DNA from: Candidatus Krumholzibacteriia bacterium
GTDB lineage: Bacteria; Krumholzibacteriota; Krumholzibacteriia; LZORAL124-64-63
DNA: 27,458 nucleotides
Assembly: GCA_036351155.1 (NCBI GenBank)
Contig: JAZBOO010000048.1
Span: forward strand, 1 to 27,458
Direction of reading: 5' to 3'
Numbering within the stretch: the stretch's first letter is position 1; the number at the start of each line of letters is the position of its first letter. Below, piece after piece: positions 7,896 through 16,573 of the stretch. Position numbers and translations under genes: made by a program. The notes under the pieces are model-generated. The model was not told the origin of the DNA and searched no databases. It saw nothing but the letters and a program-made list of their open reading frames with translations.

Positions 7896-8644
7896 TGGCC
7901 CAGAAACCCCGCGTTGCGATTTTCGATTTCACAGGCTGTGAGGGCTGCGAGCTCAACCAGCTGAACTTCGAGGATCAGCTGCTGGACATCCTGGCCCACG
8001 TGGACATCGTGGAATGGCGCGAAGCCATGGATGACCGGGCTGAAGAGTACGACATCGCCTTTGTCGAAGGTTCGCTGTCCACGCCCGACTGCATCAAGCG
8101 CATCAACGAGGTGCGCCGCAAGGCCAAGGTCCTGGTGGCCCTGGGTGCCTGCGCGGTTCAGGGCGGCATCAACGGCGTCAAGAACACCCACCCCATCGAA
8201 GAGGTGCGGGAAGAGGTTTACGGCGACGACAAGTACCTGTTCCCCACACTGCCCGCGTTGCCGATCTCGGCGGCGGTCAAGGTGGACTACAACGTGCGCG
8301 GCTGCCCCATGACCCAGATCGAATTCCTGAAGGTGTTCACCGCCCTGGTCATGGGCAAGGAGCCCATCGAACCCACCCAGTCGGTCTGCGTGGAGTGCAA
8401 GCTCAACGAAAACGAGTGCGTGTACAGCAAGGGCATGATCTGTCTGGGACCCGTGACGCGCGCCGGCTGCAACGCGCACTGCACCAACGTGGGCCAGTAC
8501 TGCACCGGTTGCCGCGGTCTGGTGCCCGAGCCGAACCTGGCGGGCATGAGGGAAATCCTCGTGGAACACGGACTGTCGGTGGACGAGGCCTGGAAGCGCC
8601 TGCAACTGTACAATGCCAACGAGCTGGAGGGTCTGTCGCTATGA
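7895..8644 (+). CDS. hydD: Group 3b hydrogenase small (delta) subunit
   Basis: FTGCEGC, VEGS, GACAVQGG, GCP, VCVEC...CLGPVTRAGC...CTGCRG; no Tat signal; AGGAGG RBS, TGATG coupling. Confidence 0.92.
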   Translation: MAQKPRVAIFDFTGCEGCELNQLNFEDQLLDILAHVDIVEWREAMDDRAEEYDIAFVEGSLSTPDCIKRINEVRRKAKVLVALGACAVQGGINGVKNTHPIEEVREEVYGDDKYLFPTLPALPISAAVKVDYNVRGCPMTQIEFLKVFTALVMGKEPIEPTQSVCVECKLNENECVYSKGMICLGPVTRAGCNAHCTNVGQYCTGCRGLVPEPNLAGMREILVEHGLSVDEAWKRLQLYNANELEGLSL

Positions 8645-9945
8645 GCATGAACCTGGATATCAATGTCAAGCACCTGACCCGGGTGGAAGGCCATGGCAAC
8701 ATCGTGGTCAACATGAAGGAAGGCGTGCTGGAGAAGGCCGAGCTGGCCATCGTCGAGGCACCGCGCTACTTCGAGGCCATGTTGAAAGGGCGCAGCTTCC
8801 ACGAGGCGGCCATCATCACCTCGCGGATCTGCGGAATCTGCAGCCTGGGCCACCAGATGTGCTCGCTGCAGGCCACCGAGGCGGCCCTGGGGCTGGAGAT
8901 CAGCAAGCAGACCCGTCTGCTGCGCAAGCTGCTGACCCACGGGGCCACCCTGCAGAGCAACGTGCTGCACGCCTACTTCCTGGCGGCACCCGATCTGCTG
9001 GGCGTGGGATCCGTATTCCCGCTGGTGGGCTCGCATCCTGACGTGGTGTTGCGGGCCCTGCGCATGAAGCGGCTGGCCAACGACATCGGCGATGTGGTCA
9101 GCGGCCGGGCCGTGCATCCCATCACCCCGGTGCCGGGCGGCTTCACGCGCATTCCCACCGAGAAGGAACTGCTGGGCCTGAAGACCAAGCTGGTCGAGGA
9201 GATGGTGCCCGACTTCCTGGCCACGGTGGAAACCCTGAAGGCGCTGGCCGGAGCCATCCCCAGCTTCACGCGGGAGACCGAGTTCATCAGCCTGCGCCGC
9301 GATGACGAGTATGCTCTGTACGATGGCGACATCTGCAGCAGCGACACCGGGACCATCGGCATCGAAGAGTACCGCAAGATGACCAACGAGTTCGTGGTGT
9401 CCCACAGCACCAGCAAGCACTGCAAGGCCAACCGCAGCAGTTACATGGTGGGGGCCCTGGCGCGCTGGAACAACAACCACGACAAGCTGAACGATGCGGC
9501 GCTGAACGCGGCCAAGGAGCTGGGGCTGGAGCCCGGTTGCTGCAACCCGTACATGAACACCATCGCGCAGGTGGTCGAGGCGGGGTACTGCGCCCTGGAC
9601 AGCGTGGCCATCATCGATGAGCTGCTGAGCGACGGCCTGAAGAACGAGAAAGCCAACCAGGAGCCGACCAGGTTCGGCACGGGTGTGGGGTCGACCGAGG
9701 TGCCCCGTGGCATTCTGTACCACGAGTACACCTACGATCGCCAGGCGCGCATCGTGAAGGCCAACTGCATCATTCCCACGGGCCAGAATCTCGCGAACAT
9801 CGACGACGACATGAAGAAGCTGGTGCCGGAGATCATCGAGGAGTCCAAGGAAGACATCACCCTGAAGCTGGAGATGCTGGTGCGGGCGTATGATCCGTGC
9901 ATCAGCTGCTCGGTGCACATGCTGGACGTGGACTTTGTCGAATAG
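8641..9945 (+). CDS. hydA: Group 3b [NiFe]-hydrogenase large (alpha) subunit
   Basis: TRVEGHG, L1 SRICGIC, EVPRG, L2 RAYDPCISCSVH plus cleavable tail MLDVDFVE; ATGA overlap with the small subunit. Confidence 0.95.
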   Translation: MSMNLDINVKHLTRVEGHGNIVVNMKEGVLEKAELAIVEAPRYFEAMLKGRSFHEAAIITSRICGICSLGHQMCSLQATEAALGLEISKQTRLLRKLLTHGATLQSNVLHAYFLAAPDLLGVGSVFPLVGSHPDVVLRALRMKRLANDIGDVVSGRAVHPITPVPGGFTRIPTEKELLGLKTKLVEEMVPDFLATVETLKALAGAIPSFTRETEFISLRRDDEYALYDGDICSSDTGTIGIEEYRKMTNEFVVSHSTSKHCKANRSSYMVGALARWNNNHDKLNDAALNAAKELGLEPGCCNPYMNTIAQVVEAGYCALDSVAIIDELLSDGLKNEKANQEPTRFGTGVGSTEVPRGILYHEYTYDRQARIVKANCIIPTGQNLANIDDDMKKLVPEIIEESKEDITLKLEMLVRAYDPCISCSVHMLDVDFVE

Positions 9946-9957
9946 GTGGCAGGTGTC

Positions 9958-10431
9958 ATGAAGATCATGGCGGTAGGCAACTCGTTTTACGGTGACGACG
10001 GGGTCGGGGCGGCCGTTCTGGAACAGATCAGGAAGGCCGATGTCTTCCCCGGGGCCGACCTGTTCGACGCCCACACGGACGCCCTGTCCCTGCTCGATCA
10101 CCTGTCGCCGGGTGAGGCCAACGTGATCATCGACGCGGCCGAGATGGGGCTGCCTCCCGGCGAGGTGGCCTGGTTCCGGCCCGAGGACGTGAAGCTGAAG
10201 ATCAACTCGGACCATCTTTCCATGCATGGGTTCGGACTGGCCGAGACCTTCGCCATGGCCGAGCAACTGGGTCAGATGCCCGAGGAAACCTTGATCGTCG
10301 GGGTTCAACCCCTCAGAATAGAAATCAATACGGGGCTGAGCGATGCCGTGGCGGCCGCGGTGCCCCGGGTCATTTCCATCATACAAGCGGAGGTAGGGTC
10401 TGATGACGAAAAAGACCATCCTGGTCATTGA
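9958..10431 (+). CDS. Hydrogenase maturation endopeptidase (HyaD/HycI family)
   Basis: VGNSFYGDDGVG, IIDA, SMHGFGL, GVQP, GLSDAV motifs; directly after the large subunit (alternative GTG start 9946). Confidence 0.92.
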   Translation: MKIMAVGNSFYGDDGVGAAVLEQIRKADVFPGADLFDAHTDALSLLDHLSPGEANVIIDAAEMGLPPGEVAWFRPEDVKLKINSDHLSMHGFGLAETFAMAEQLGQMPEETLIVGVQPLRIEINTGLSDAVAAAVPRVISIIQAEVGSDDEKDHPGH

Positions 10432-10798
10432 CGATGACATCGATCTGGTGGAGATCATCAGGGTGACCCTGGAGAACGAGGGCTACGAGGTGATCGATGC
10501 CCAGAACGGTGACCGCGGCAAGGCCATGGCCCGGGAAAACAACCCCGACCTGATTCTGCTGGACGTGATGATGGGCAAGGTTGACGAGGGTTTCCAGGTG
10601 GCGTATGAGTTGCGGGGCGACGAGAAGACCAAGGGAATTCCCATCCTGATGCTGACCGCCGTGGTCGACCAGACCGGTTTCGACTTCGACCCCAGCAAGG
10701 ACAAGGACTTCCTGCCCGTGGACGAGTTCATGGAGAAGCCCATCAGCCCGCGCAAGCTGGTGGACATGGTCAGGAAGCATTTGCCCACGAGCGTGTAA
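10403..10798 (+). CDS. Single-domain response regulator (receiver only)
   Basis: ILVIDDD, PDLILLDVMM (phospho-Asp), LTA, EKP; 131 aa, no output domain; overlaps the protease 3' end. Confidence 0.92.
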   Translation: MTKKTILVIDDDIDLVEIIRVTLENEGYEVIDAQNGDRGKAMARENNPDLILLDVMMGKVDEGFQVAYELRGDEKTKGIPILMLTAVVDQTGFDFDPSKDKDFLPVDEFMEKPISPRKLVDMVRKHLPTSV

Positions 10799-10825
10799 CC
10801 GCAGCCAGGGAGGGGGCAGGGGACT

Positions 10826-12199
10826 TTGCTGAAACCACAGGAGCCCATCCCGCCGGATTCGTCGCATTTCGTCTCGGCGGAATCTCTCCGGTTGCGGCTG
10901 GACTGGTTCAACAAGCTGCGCTGGGGTGCTGTGCTGGGCATCCTGCTGGCCATGCTGGTGTCCGGTGTTCTGCTCCGATACGCCTTGCCCATGAGACCCC
11001 TGCTGATCACGGTGGGGGTCCTGGCTTTGCTGAATCTGATCTACGTGTGGCGGAACCGGCGGCAAGCGCCCACCGCCATCAGGGGAGAGATGCGGCTGGT
11101 CAAGCTGCAGATGGTGGGCGACCTGGTGGCCCTGACCGTGCTGCTGAACCTGACCGGCGGGATCGAGAACCCCTTCTTCTACCTCTTTGTGATCCACGTC
11201 ATCATTGCGAGCCTGCTGTTCAAGGGGCGGGAAATCTACCAGATCACCTGGCTGGCCATTGCCCTGTTCACCACGGAAGTTTTGCTCGAGTACGGCAGCA
11301 TCATTCCCCACCACCACCTGCTGAGCGCCAGCCATCTGGCCCATGAACTGCCCTTCATCCTGGCCACCTTGGCCTCCTTCTGGCTGGTGATGCTGTTCTC
11401 GGCCTACATGGTCGCCAGCATCATGAAGCACAACCGCGCCATCAAGGATGAGCTGGTGGAGCGCCAGGCCGCGCTGATGGCCCAGGACAAGGCCAAGACC
11501 GACTTTTTCCGCTTCGTGGCCCACGAGGTCAAGAGCCCGGTGAACACGGCCCAGTCGGCGGTTGAAACCGCTCTGGAGCTGGGTGGCGCCCAGATGAAAC
11601 CCGCCATCGAGGACATGCTGCAACGCGGGGTGCGTCGCCTGGAGCAGGCCACCGAAATGGTCAAGGACCTGGCCGATCTGACCCGGGGCGGTATGCTGAA
11701 GCCTGAACACCAGACGGTTGTGGATGTGACCCAGATGGTCTTTCGTGTCATGGAAAACCAGCAGGACATGGCCAGCCGCCGTGGCATCAAGCTGGTGCTC
11801 GAGGGGGATCATCAGCCGGTGGTCGTGACGACCAACAAGTCCATGCTCGAGAAGATCATCCACAATCTGATCAGCAATGCGGTGCGTTACAACAAGGACA
11901 AGGGGTGCGTGACCATCACGCTGCACGATGAGCGGACTGCCATCCGGCTGGCGGTGTCCGACGAGGGGATCGGCATCGCACCCGAGGATAAAGAGCGCAT
12001 ATTCGAGGAGTTCTACCGCTCCGACGCCGCCCAGCGGGCCACCAACCTGGGCACAGGGCTTGGCCTTTCCATCGTGCGCAAGTTCGTGGAGGAAATGGGG
12101 GGCCAGATCGAGTTACACAGCGTGCCGGGCGAGGGGTCCCGGTTCACCCTGGTGTTGCCCCGACGGGCCACGGCATCAACCGAGATCGAGGGACCATGA
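10826..12199 (+). CDS. Membrane-bound sensor histidine kinase
   Basis: Several N-terminal TM helices; H-box AHEVKSP, N-box NLISNAVRYN, G1 DEGIGI, F-box FEEFYR, G2 GTGLGL; TTG start uncertain. Confidence 0.92.
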   Translation: MLKPQEPIPPDSSHFVSAESLRLRLDWFNKLRWGAVLGILLAMLVSGVLLRYALPMRPLLITVGVLALLNLIYVWRNRRQAPTAIRGEMRLVKLQMVGDLVALTVLLNLTGGIENPFFYLFVIHVIIASLLFKGREIYQITWLAIALFTTEVLLEYGSIIPHHHLLSASHLAHELPFILATLASFWLVMLFSAYMVASIMKHNRAIKDELVERQAALMAQDKAKTDFFRFVAHEVKSPVNTAQSAVETALELGGAQMKPAIEDMLQRGVRRLEQATEMVKDLADLTRGGMLKPEHQTVVDVTQMVFRVMENQQDMASRRGIKLVLEGDHQPVVVTTNKSMLEKIIHNLISNAVRYNKDKGCVTITLHDERTAIRLAVSDEGIGIAPEDKERIFEEFYRSDAAQRATNLGTGLGLSIVRKFVEEMGGQIELHSVPGEGSRFTLVLPRRATASTEIEGP

Positions 12200-12675
12200 T
12201 GGAGAGAATCAAAATCGGGGGATTGATGGAGCGCCGCGACCTTTGCCTGGTCGAGGTGCTGGGGTTCGACTATCGGCCCGGACATTCCTGCGCCATCCTG
12301 GGCAAGTTCGGCCAGAGCGAGATCAGCCTGAGCTACCTGAGCATCGGGCGCGATTCCACCGGCCAGAAGAACATGTCCTTCTGTGTCGATACGGCCCAGC
12401 TGGCGGCCAGAAACCACATCCTCAAGGAAATTGAAAGCGAGTTCAAGCCGGACATCGTGCGCTCCACCGCCCCGGTCACCATCCTGACCCTTTACGGGCC
12501 CCATTTCTCGGAAAAGCACAACCTGGCCAGCGAGGTGTTCAGCGCCCTGTGCGTGCACTGTATCGATGCGATCACGGTCTGCTCGTCGGTCAACAGCATC
12601 TCGGTGGTGATCAACATCCCCGACCGCGACCGCACGGTCGATTGCCTGCGGCAGAAGTTCGACTGGCCGGAGTAG
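12196..12675 (+). CDS. Stand-alone tandem ACT-domain protein (aspartokinase regulatory-domain-like), Cys-rich
   Basis: DYRPGHSCAILGKFGQSEISL and LTLYGPHF..NLASEVFSAL..SSVNSISVVI ACT patterns; ATGA overlap with the kinase stop. Confidence 0.75.
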   Translation: MMERIKIGGLMERRDLCLVEVLGFDYRPGHSCAILGKFGQSEISLSYLSIGRDSTGQKNMSFCVDTAQLAARNHILKEIESEFKPDIVRSTAPVTILTLYGPHFSEKHNLASEVFSALCVHCIDAITVCSSVNSISVVINIPDRDRTVDCLRQKFDWPE

Positions 12676-12689
12676 GAGGTGAGGGAGGA

Positions 12690-12709
12690 TTTTCCAACCA
12701 GTTGGAAAA
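12690..12709. repeat. Dispersed 20-bp palindrome copy 2 (spacer CA)
   Basis: TTTTCCAACCAGTTGGAAAA, 14 nt after the ACT stop. Confidence 0.9.
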
Positions 12710-12735
12710 AGTCGTGGGAAACCCCGCGCCGAGCC

Positions 12736-12764
12736 TTGTCCGCCTGCCCGGATGATACTATGTT
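12736..12764 (+). promoter_or_regulatory. Sigma70-like promoter, possible leaderless transcript of DUF2270
   Basis: TTGTCC-N17-TATGTT ends 6 nt before ATG 12771; no SD. Confidence 0.4.
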
Positions 12765-12770
12765 CCGCTC

Positions 12771-13520
12771 ATGAATAAAGATTTCGACATGCCAGCCTAC
12801 ACACCGCACCACGAAAGTGGTGTGCCGATGCCCGACTACGAGGGTGACCCCCTCAGCCGCCAGGAATACGTGGCGGCCATGGTGCACTTCTACCGTGGGG
12901 AGCTCCAGCGCACGCTCGAGTGGCGCAAGCGGATGGACACCACCACTCACTGGGCGCTGATCACCACCGTCGGCATCGTGACCTTCAGTTTCTCCAATCC
13001 GGAATATGCCGAGGAAACCCTGATCACCGGCATGTACGCCAACCTGATGTACCTGACCCACGAGTCGCGCCGGTTCCGGTTCTTCGACATGTGGCGGTCC
13101 CGGCTGCGGATGATCGAGGAAAACTTCTACGGGCCCATCCTGCGGCGTCAGCCTTCCAGTCCCATCAGTGGCTGGGGTGACCGGGTGGCCGAGGATCTGT
13201 TGCATCCCAAGTTCAAGATCACGCGGGCCCAGGCCATGCGCGCTCGACTCAAACGTAACTACAGCTACATCTTCGTGTTTCTGCTGGTGACGTTCCTGGG
13301 GAGGGCTTTCGTGTTGCCTGCCCCCGAGGGCAAAAGCTCCCTCCCCTCCCTGTTCGACATGGGAGCGGTTCCCTGGTGGATTCCGGTGGCGCTGGTGGCG
13401 GCGGTCTACAGCTTCCTGTTCGCATTGATGATCTTCACGCCGGCGGTCAAGCCGGCCGAAACCGCCTACTGGCGTGACCCTGCGCACCTGGGCGAGGATG
13501 TGCCGAACCTGGATGTCTGA
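12771..13520 (+). CDS. DUF2270 integral membrane protein
   Basis: HFYRGE..R...WR.RMDTTTHWA and ESRRFRFFDMWRSRLRMIE signatures; start could be a later ATG. Confidence 0.85.
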   Translation: MNKDFDMPAYTPHHESGVPMPDYEGDPLSRQEYVAAMVHFYRGELQRTLEWRKRMDTTTHWALITTVGIVTFSFSNPEYAEETLITGMYANLMYLTHESRRFRFFDMWRSRLRMIEENFYGPILRRQPSSPISGWGDRVAEDLLHPKFKITRAQAMRARLKRNYSYIFVFLLVTFLGRAFVLPAPEGKSSLPSLFDMGAVPWWIPVALVAAVYSFLFALMIFTPAVKPAETAYWRDPAHLGEDVPNLDV

Positions 13521-13532
13521 GGGGGCGGATCT

Positions 13533-14714
13533 TCAGCGCACATCCCGGGCGACGGCAAATTCCCTCAGATCCGAATGAAGAATCCAATTGAGCTCACTCA
13601 GGTCATCGGCCGGTGTTTCGGTGAAAATGAAACCGAACAGGGGGTGGCGCGTGTGGTTCACCGGGCGGATGGCCAAGGGCTTGTGAAACCGCTTTGCCAG
13701 ATCCTCGATGGCAAACGACAGGATGGAGTTACCCGCCAGCCCGGTCGAGTTATCCAGAACCACGATGCTGTAGGCCTTGCCCTTGCGCGTGGATAAGATG
13801 GCCTCCCAGTCCGGCCTGAGATCTTCCAGAAAAGCCACATAGGGATTGAACCCAAAGGCCAGGGCGGTCAGGTCGGCGGTGGTACACCAGCCGCCGAAGC
13901 GCAGGGGATTGATCTCGATGGGCACGATCTTGCCGGCCTCATCGACCCGCAGTTCCACGTGCACGGGGAAGTTTTTCAGCCCGGCCAGTTTTCCCACGTC
14001 AGCCAGGAAACCGGTGAACCGGTCCAGGTTGTTCCGGATGGTATCTTCACCTGTCAGATACACCCGGTCACTGACGTCTGTTGCGGAGCTGAACAGGTGC
14101 TCGAGAATGTTGGTGATGACCGGATGACCATCGCCGTCAAAATAGGCGTCGATGGCGTACTCCGTCCCGGTGATGATCTCTTCCAGGATGAAGGAAGATG
14201 TGTCCAGGACCTCGGCTGGATAGAGGCGTGAGGGACTGGCCAGCTGGAGGGCCAGTTTTTCCTGAACCTGGGGCCATTCTTCCGGCCGGGTGACCATGTG
14301 AACGCCCAGGCTGAAGAACCCCACCGCCGGTTTGAGAACGAAGGGGTGTCCGATCTGCTGGGGATCAAGCAGGGTGGCGGCCTCCGGGGCGATTTCCAGA
14401 TATCGGAAGTCCGGGTAGAGGGGTGCGAGCAACCGTCGGAAAGTCAGCTTGTTCTTGAAGAGATCGATGGATTTCGGCAGCGAGGTGAAGCCGAGGTTCT
14501 CGGCCACCCAGCCGATGGCGTTCTCGCTGTTCGTCAGAACCCGGGTGTCCGGATTGTTCCGCAGCAGGGCGACCGCTTCATCCTCGGTGAGGGAACCGGA
14601 GACCTTGGTCAAGCCCAGCTCCCTGGCGGCGGGTGTCAGGACGACAGGGAGGTTGTGGTCGGCGATGGCGCGAAACAGGAGTTCGGACACGTAGGGGTGA
14701 TCGAGGAGAATCAT
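13533..14714 (-). CDS. ATP-grasp domain protein
   Basis: FKNK, PFVLKPAVGFFSLGV, ILEE.ITGTEY, HVELR, IEINPLRFGG. Confidence 0.85.
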   Translation of the reverse strand: MILLDHPYVSELLFRAIADHNLPVVLTPAARELGLTKVSGSLTEDEAVALLRNNPDTRVLTNSENAIGWVAENLGFTSLPKSIDLFKNKLTFRRLLAPLYPDFRYLEIAPEAATLLDPQQIGHPFVLKPAVGFFSLGVHMVTRPEEWPQVQEKLALQLASPSRLYPAEVLDTSSFILEEIITGTEYAIDAYFDGDGHPVITNILEHLFSSATDVSDRVYLTGEDTIRNNLDRFTGFLADVGKLAGLKNFPVHVELRVDEAGKIVPIEINPLRFGGWCTTADLTALAFGFNPYVAFLEDLRPDWEAILSTRKGKAYSIVVLDNSTGLAGNSILSFAIEDLAKRFHKPLAIRPVNHTRHPLFGFIFTETPADDLSELNWILHSDLREFAVARDVR

Positions 14715-14741
14715 ATCTTCCTGGGGGGTTGAGGTGTTGGG

Positions 14742-15140
14742 TCACTCGGGATTACCTTCGAGAAAGACAGTGGTCATGGGGACCCCCGCAAACCGGCAGG
14801 CCTTTTCCATCACGGCGAAGTAGGACTGCACCTCGGGATACGCCGCCGGGTCAGCCGTGTGGTACACGACCTCCTCGGGCTCGTACTCCAGCAGCTGGTC
14901 GGCCACGGTGACGGCCATCTCGGGCACCTCGTCAGGGGTCAGCAGATGGTCGTACCAGGGGATGTACTCCTCGGCCTCGAGCAGGGCGAACTCGCCGGAC
15001 AGGATCAGGAAAAAGCCGTCATCCAGATCATCCATCTCGGCCAGGTCGCGTATGCGCTGACTGTCGTAGCGCTCGATGGCCGGCAGGCCCCCGGGGTCCT
15101 TGGCCTTGGGGCGCGAACAGTAGGTGATGACGAGCTTCAT
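14742..15140 (-). CDS. DUF6884-like hypothetical protein
   Basis: ITYCSRPK, PAIERY, ILSGEFALL, IPWYD pattern; AGGA RBS. Confidence 0.6.
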   Translation of the reverse strand: MKLVITYCSRPKAKDPGGLPAIERYDSQRIRDLAEMDDLDDGFFLILSGEFALLEAEEYIPWYDHLLTPDEVPEMAVTVADQLLEYEPEEVVYHTADPAAYPEVQSYFAVMEKACRFAGVPMTTVFLEGNPE

Positions 15141-15177
15141 GGGTCCTGCTTTCGGTGGGGCAAATTGCTAACCCGGA

Positions 15178-15197
15178 TTTTCCAACTGGTTGGAAAA
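15178..15197. repeat. Dispersed 20-bp palindrome copy 3 (spacer TG), preceded by TAACCCGGA
   Basis: TTTTCCAACTGGTTGGAAAA. Confidence 0.9.
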
Positions 15198-15237
15198 ATT
15201 AGCAAGAGGATTGACCAGGTCAAATGGCGAAAGAAAC

Positions 15238-15963
15238 TTACTTCCCGCGTTGTTGACCTCGGCCTCGACCCCGGCCTTTCTTCCCATCCGCCGGCCCCCG
15301 CTCCCACTCGCTGGCCACGATGGCGTCCAGGTCGGCCTGGGCAATATACTGGGCTTCATAAGTCGCCTCGTGCGTCTTCAGCTGGGCCATGAAAGCCCGC
15401 ATGTGGTTGCGCGATCCCTTGGCCAGATTGCGATAAACCAGGGTGATGTCCTGGTTGTCCACCTGGCCGTCCAGGGCTTTCTCCAGATCGTAGATATCCA
15501 GGTCTTCGATGGTGGCGCCCACCTTCAGGGCCGCGACCTCGCTCTTCTGGCCCTCGGCGACCAGCGTCTGATACAGCTTCTGCAGCTCGGGGCTGGTGAA
15601 CTGGCCCGATTCCTTCAGCATGGGATCTTCCAGGCCATAGCGTTCCAGCAGCAGGCCCATCTGGTCCAGGTGGCGCTGCTCGCTGCGGGGAATGTTGCTG
15701 AACACGGGCAGGTCGTAGGTTTTCCCCAGTTCCAGATAAACATCGCGCGCCAGCTTCTCTTCTTCACGCATGAGCAGCAGCGATTCCTTCTCGAAATCGT
15801 TCAGATCCTCGATCGGAAGATTGGCCAGCGCGGATTGTCCCTGACCTTTGCCCGGCCCGTGGCCTTTTCCCTGCTGGCGGCCCTGGGGCCTCTGGGCCTG
15901 GGCCAGGCTGCTGATGCTCATCAAGGCCACGAGGGCCAGGGCGGCGAAACGATAGGTTTTCAT
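15238..15963 (-). CDS. Secreted DUF2202 ferritin-like protein
   Basis: Signal peptide MKTYRFAALALVALMSISSLAQA; MREEEKLARDVY, SEQRH, IEDLDIYDL, GSRNHMRAF; AGGAG RBS. Confidence 0.88.
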   Translation of the reverse strand: MKTYRFAALALVALMSISSLAQAQRPQGRQQGKGHGPGKGQGQSALANLPIEDLNDFEKESLLLMREEEKLARDVYLELGKTYDLPVFSNIPRSEQRHLDQMGLLLERYGLEDPMLKESGQFTSPELQKLYQTLVAEGQKSEVAALKVGATIEDLDIYDLEKALDGQVDNQDITLVYRNLAKGSRNHMRAFMAQLKTHEATYEAQYIAQADLDAIVASEWERGPADGKKGRGRGRGQQRGK

Positions 15964-15988
15964 GGCATTCTCCTGAACTGTGCGGCGC

Positions 15989-16035
15989 AAAAACGCCGGG
16001 GTTTGTCGTAGATTCTATCGACAAAACTCCCGGCG
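15989..16035 (-). terminator. Long imperfect hairpin plus U5 on the minus strand (terminator/attenuator)
   Basis: CGCCGGG..TTTGTCG-TAGA/TCTA-CGACAAA..CCCGGCG (15994-16035) followed by TTTTT on the minus strand. Confidence 0.55.
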
Positions 16036-16081
16036 GTGGAGAAACCAGCGCAAGATTTCGAAATTTATTAACCGAGTGGGT

Positions 16082-16570
16082 TCACTTGCCCTTTTCGTTG
16101 TCGAAATCCACCAGGACCAGCTGGGAGCGGCCCCTCGACGTGACCATGAATCCAAGCAGTCGCAAGTGATGTGAAACCAGGCGCACGGCGATCCATTTCT
16201 GAGCCGGGACGCCAAAATGATTCTCGAGAGTCGCAACCAGAGGGTCGGGTTTGTCCAGGAACTGGTCGAACAGCTTCTTCATCATGGCATTGACGGGAGA
16301 AAAGTGGCGATCCACCTGGAACAGACCATCGGCGCCGCCGCGACTGCGCGAAGTCTTGGTGTCGAAACCGTACTCCGCGTTTTTCATGGCCGTGCACATG
16401 CCAGGTGATTTCCAGACCCGACCCTTCCGGCATTTCTTGACCAGGCGATCGCTGACCCACACGGACAATCCTCCATGCGGGGTGTTGAACTCCCCAAATT
16501 CAGCGACCGATCGATCCGTCAGGACCGCATCCAGGTCACCCAGTCGTTTTTTGACCTCGGCAAGATCCAT
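16082..16570 (-). CDS. Hypothetical basic protein (162 aa)
   Basis: Starts 3 nt after the upstream stop, GGAG RBS; no recognised family. Confidence 0.65.
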   Translation of the reverse strand: MDLAEVKKRLGDLDAVLTDRSVAEFGEFNTPHGGLSVWVSDRLVKKCRKGRVWKSPGMCTAMKNAEYGFDTKTSRSRGGADGLFQVDRHFSPVNAMMKKLFDQFLDKPDPLVATLENHFGVPAQKWIAVRLVSHHLRLLGFMVTSRGRSQLVLVDFDNEKGK

Positions 16571-16573
16571 GGC

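Noticed and set aside
8641..9945. Selenocysteine ([NiFeSe]) hydrogenase
   Set aside because: L2 motif is DPCISC with Cys codons and there is no in-frame TGA.
9943..9960. hydA ends in TAG with the protease ORF continuing in the same frame, suggesting amber read-through or genome-wide TAG recoding
   Set aside because: A one-in-three coincidence. TAG ends many genes here at their expected C-termini (helicase, ACT, tspO, cupin, and 23751 before a terminator), and HydA has a normal short tail.
8287..11926. Very long antisense ORFs (8287-10458, 10379-11926; also 5918-7045, 17741-19162, 12492-13487)
   Set aside because: Shadow frames of GC-rich genes with strong family motifs on the opposite strand; they have no motifs of their own.
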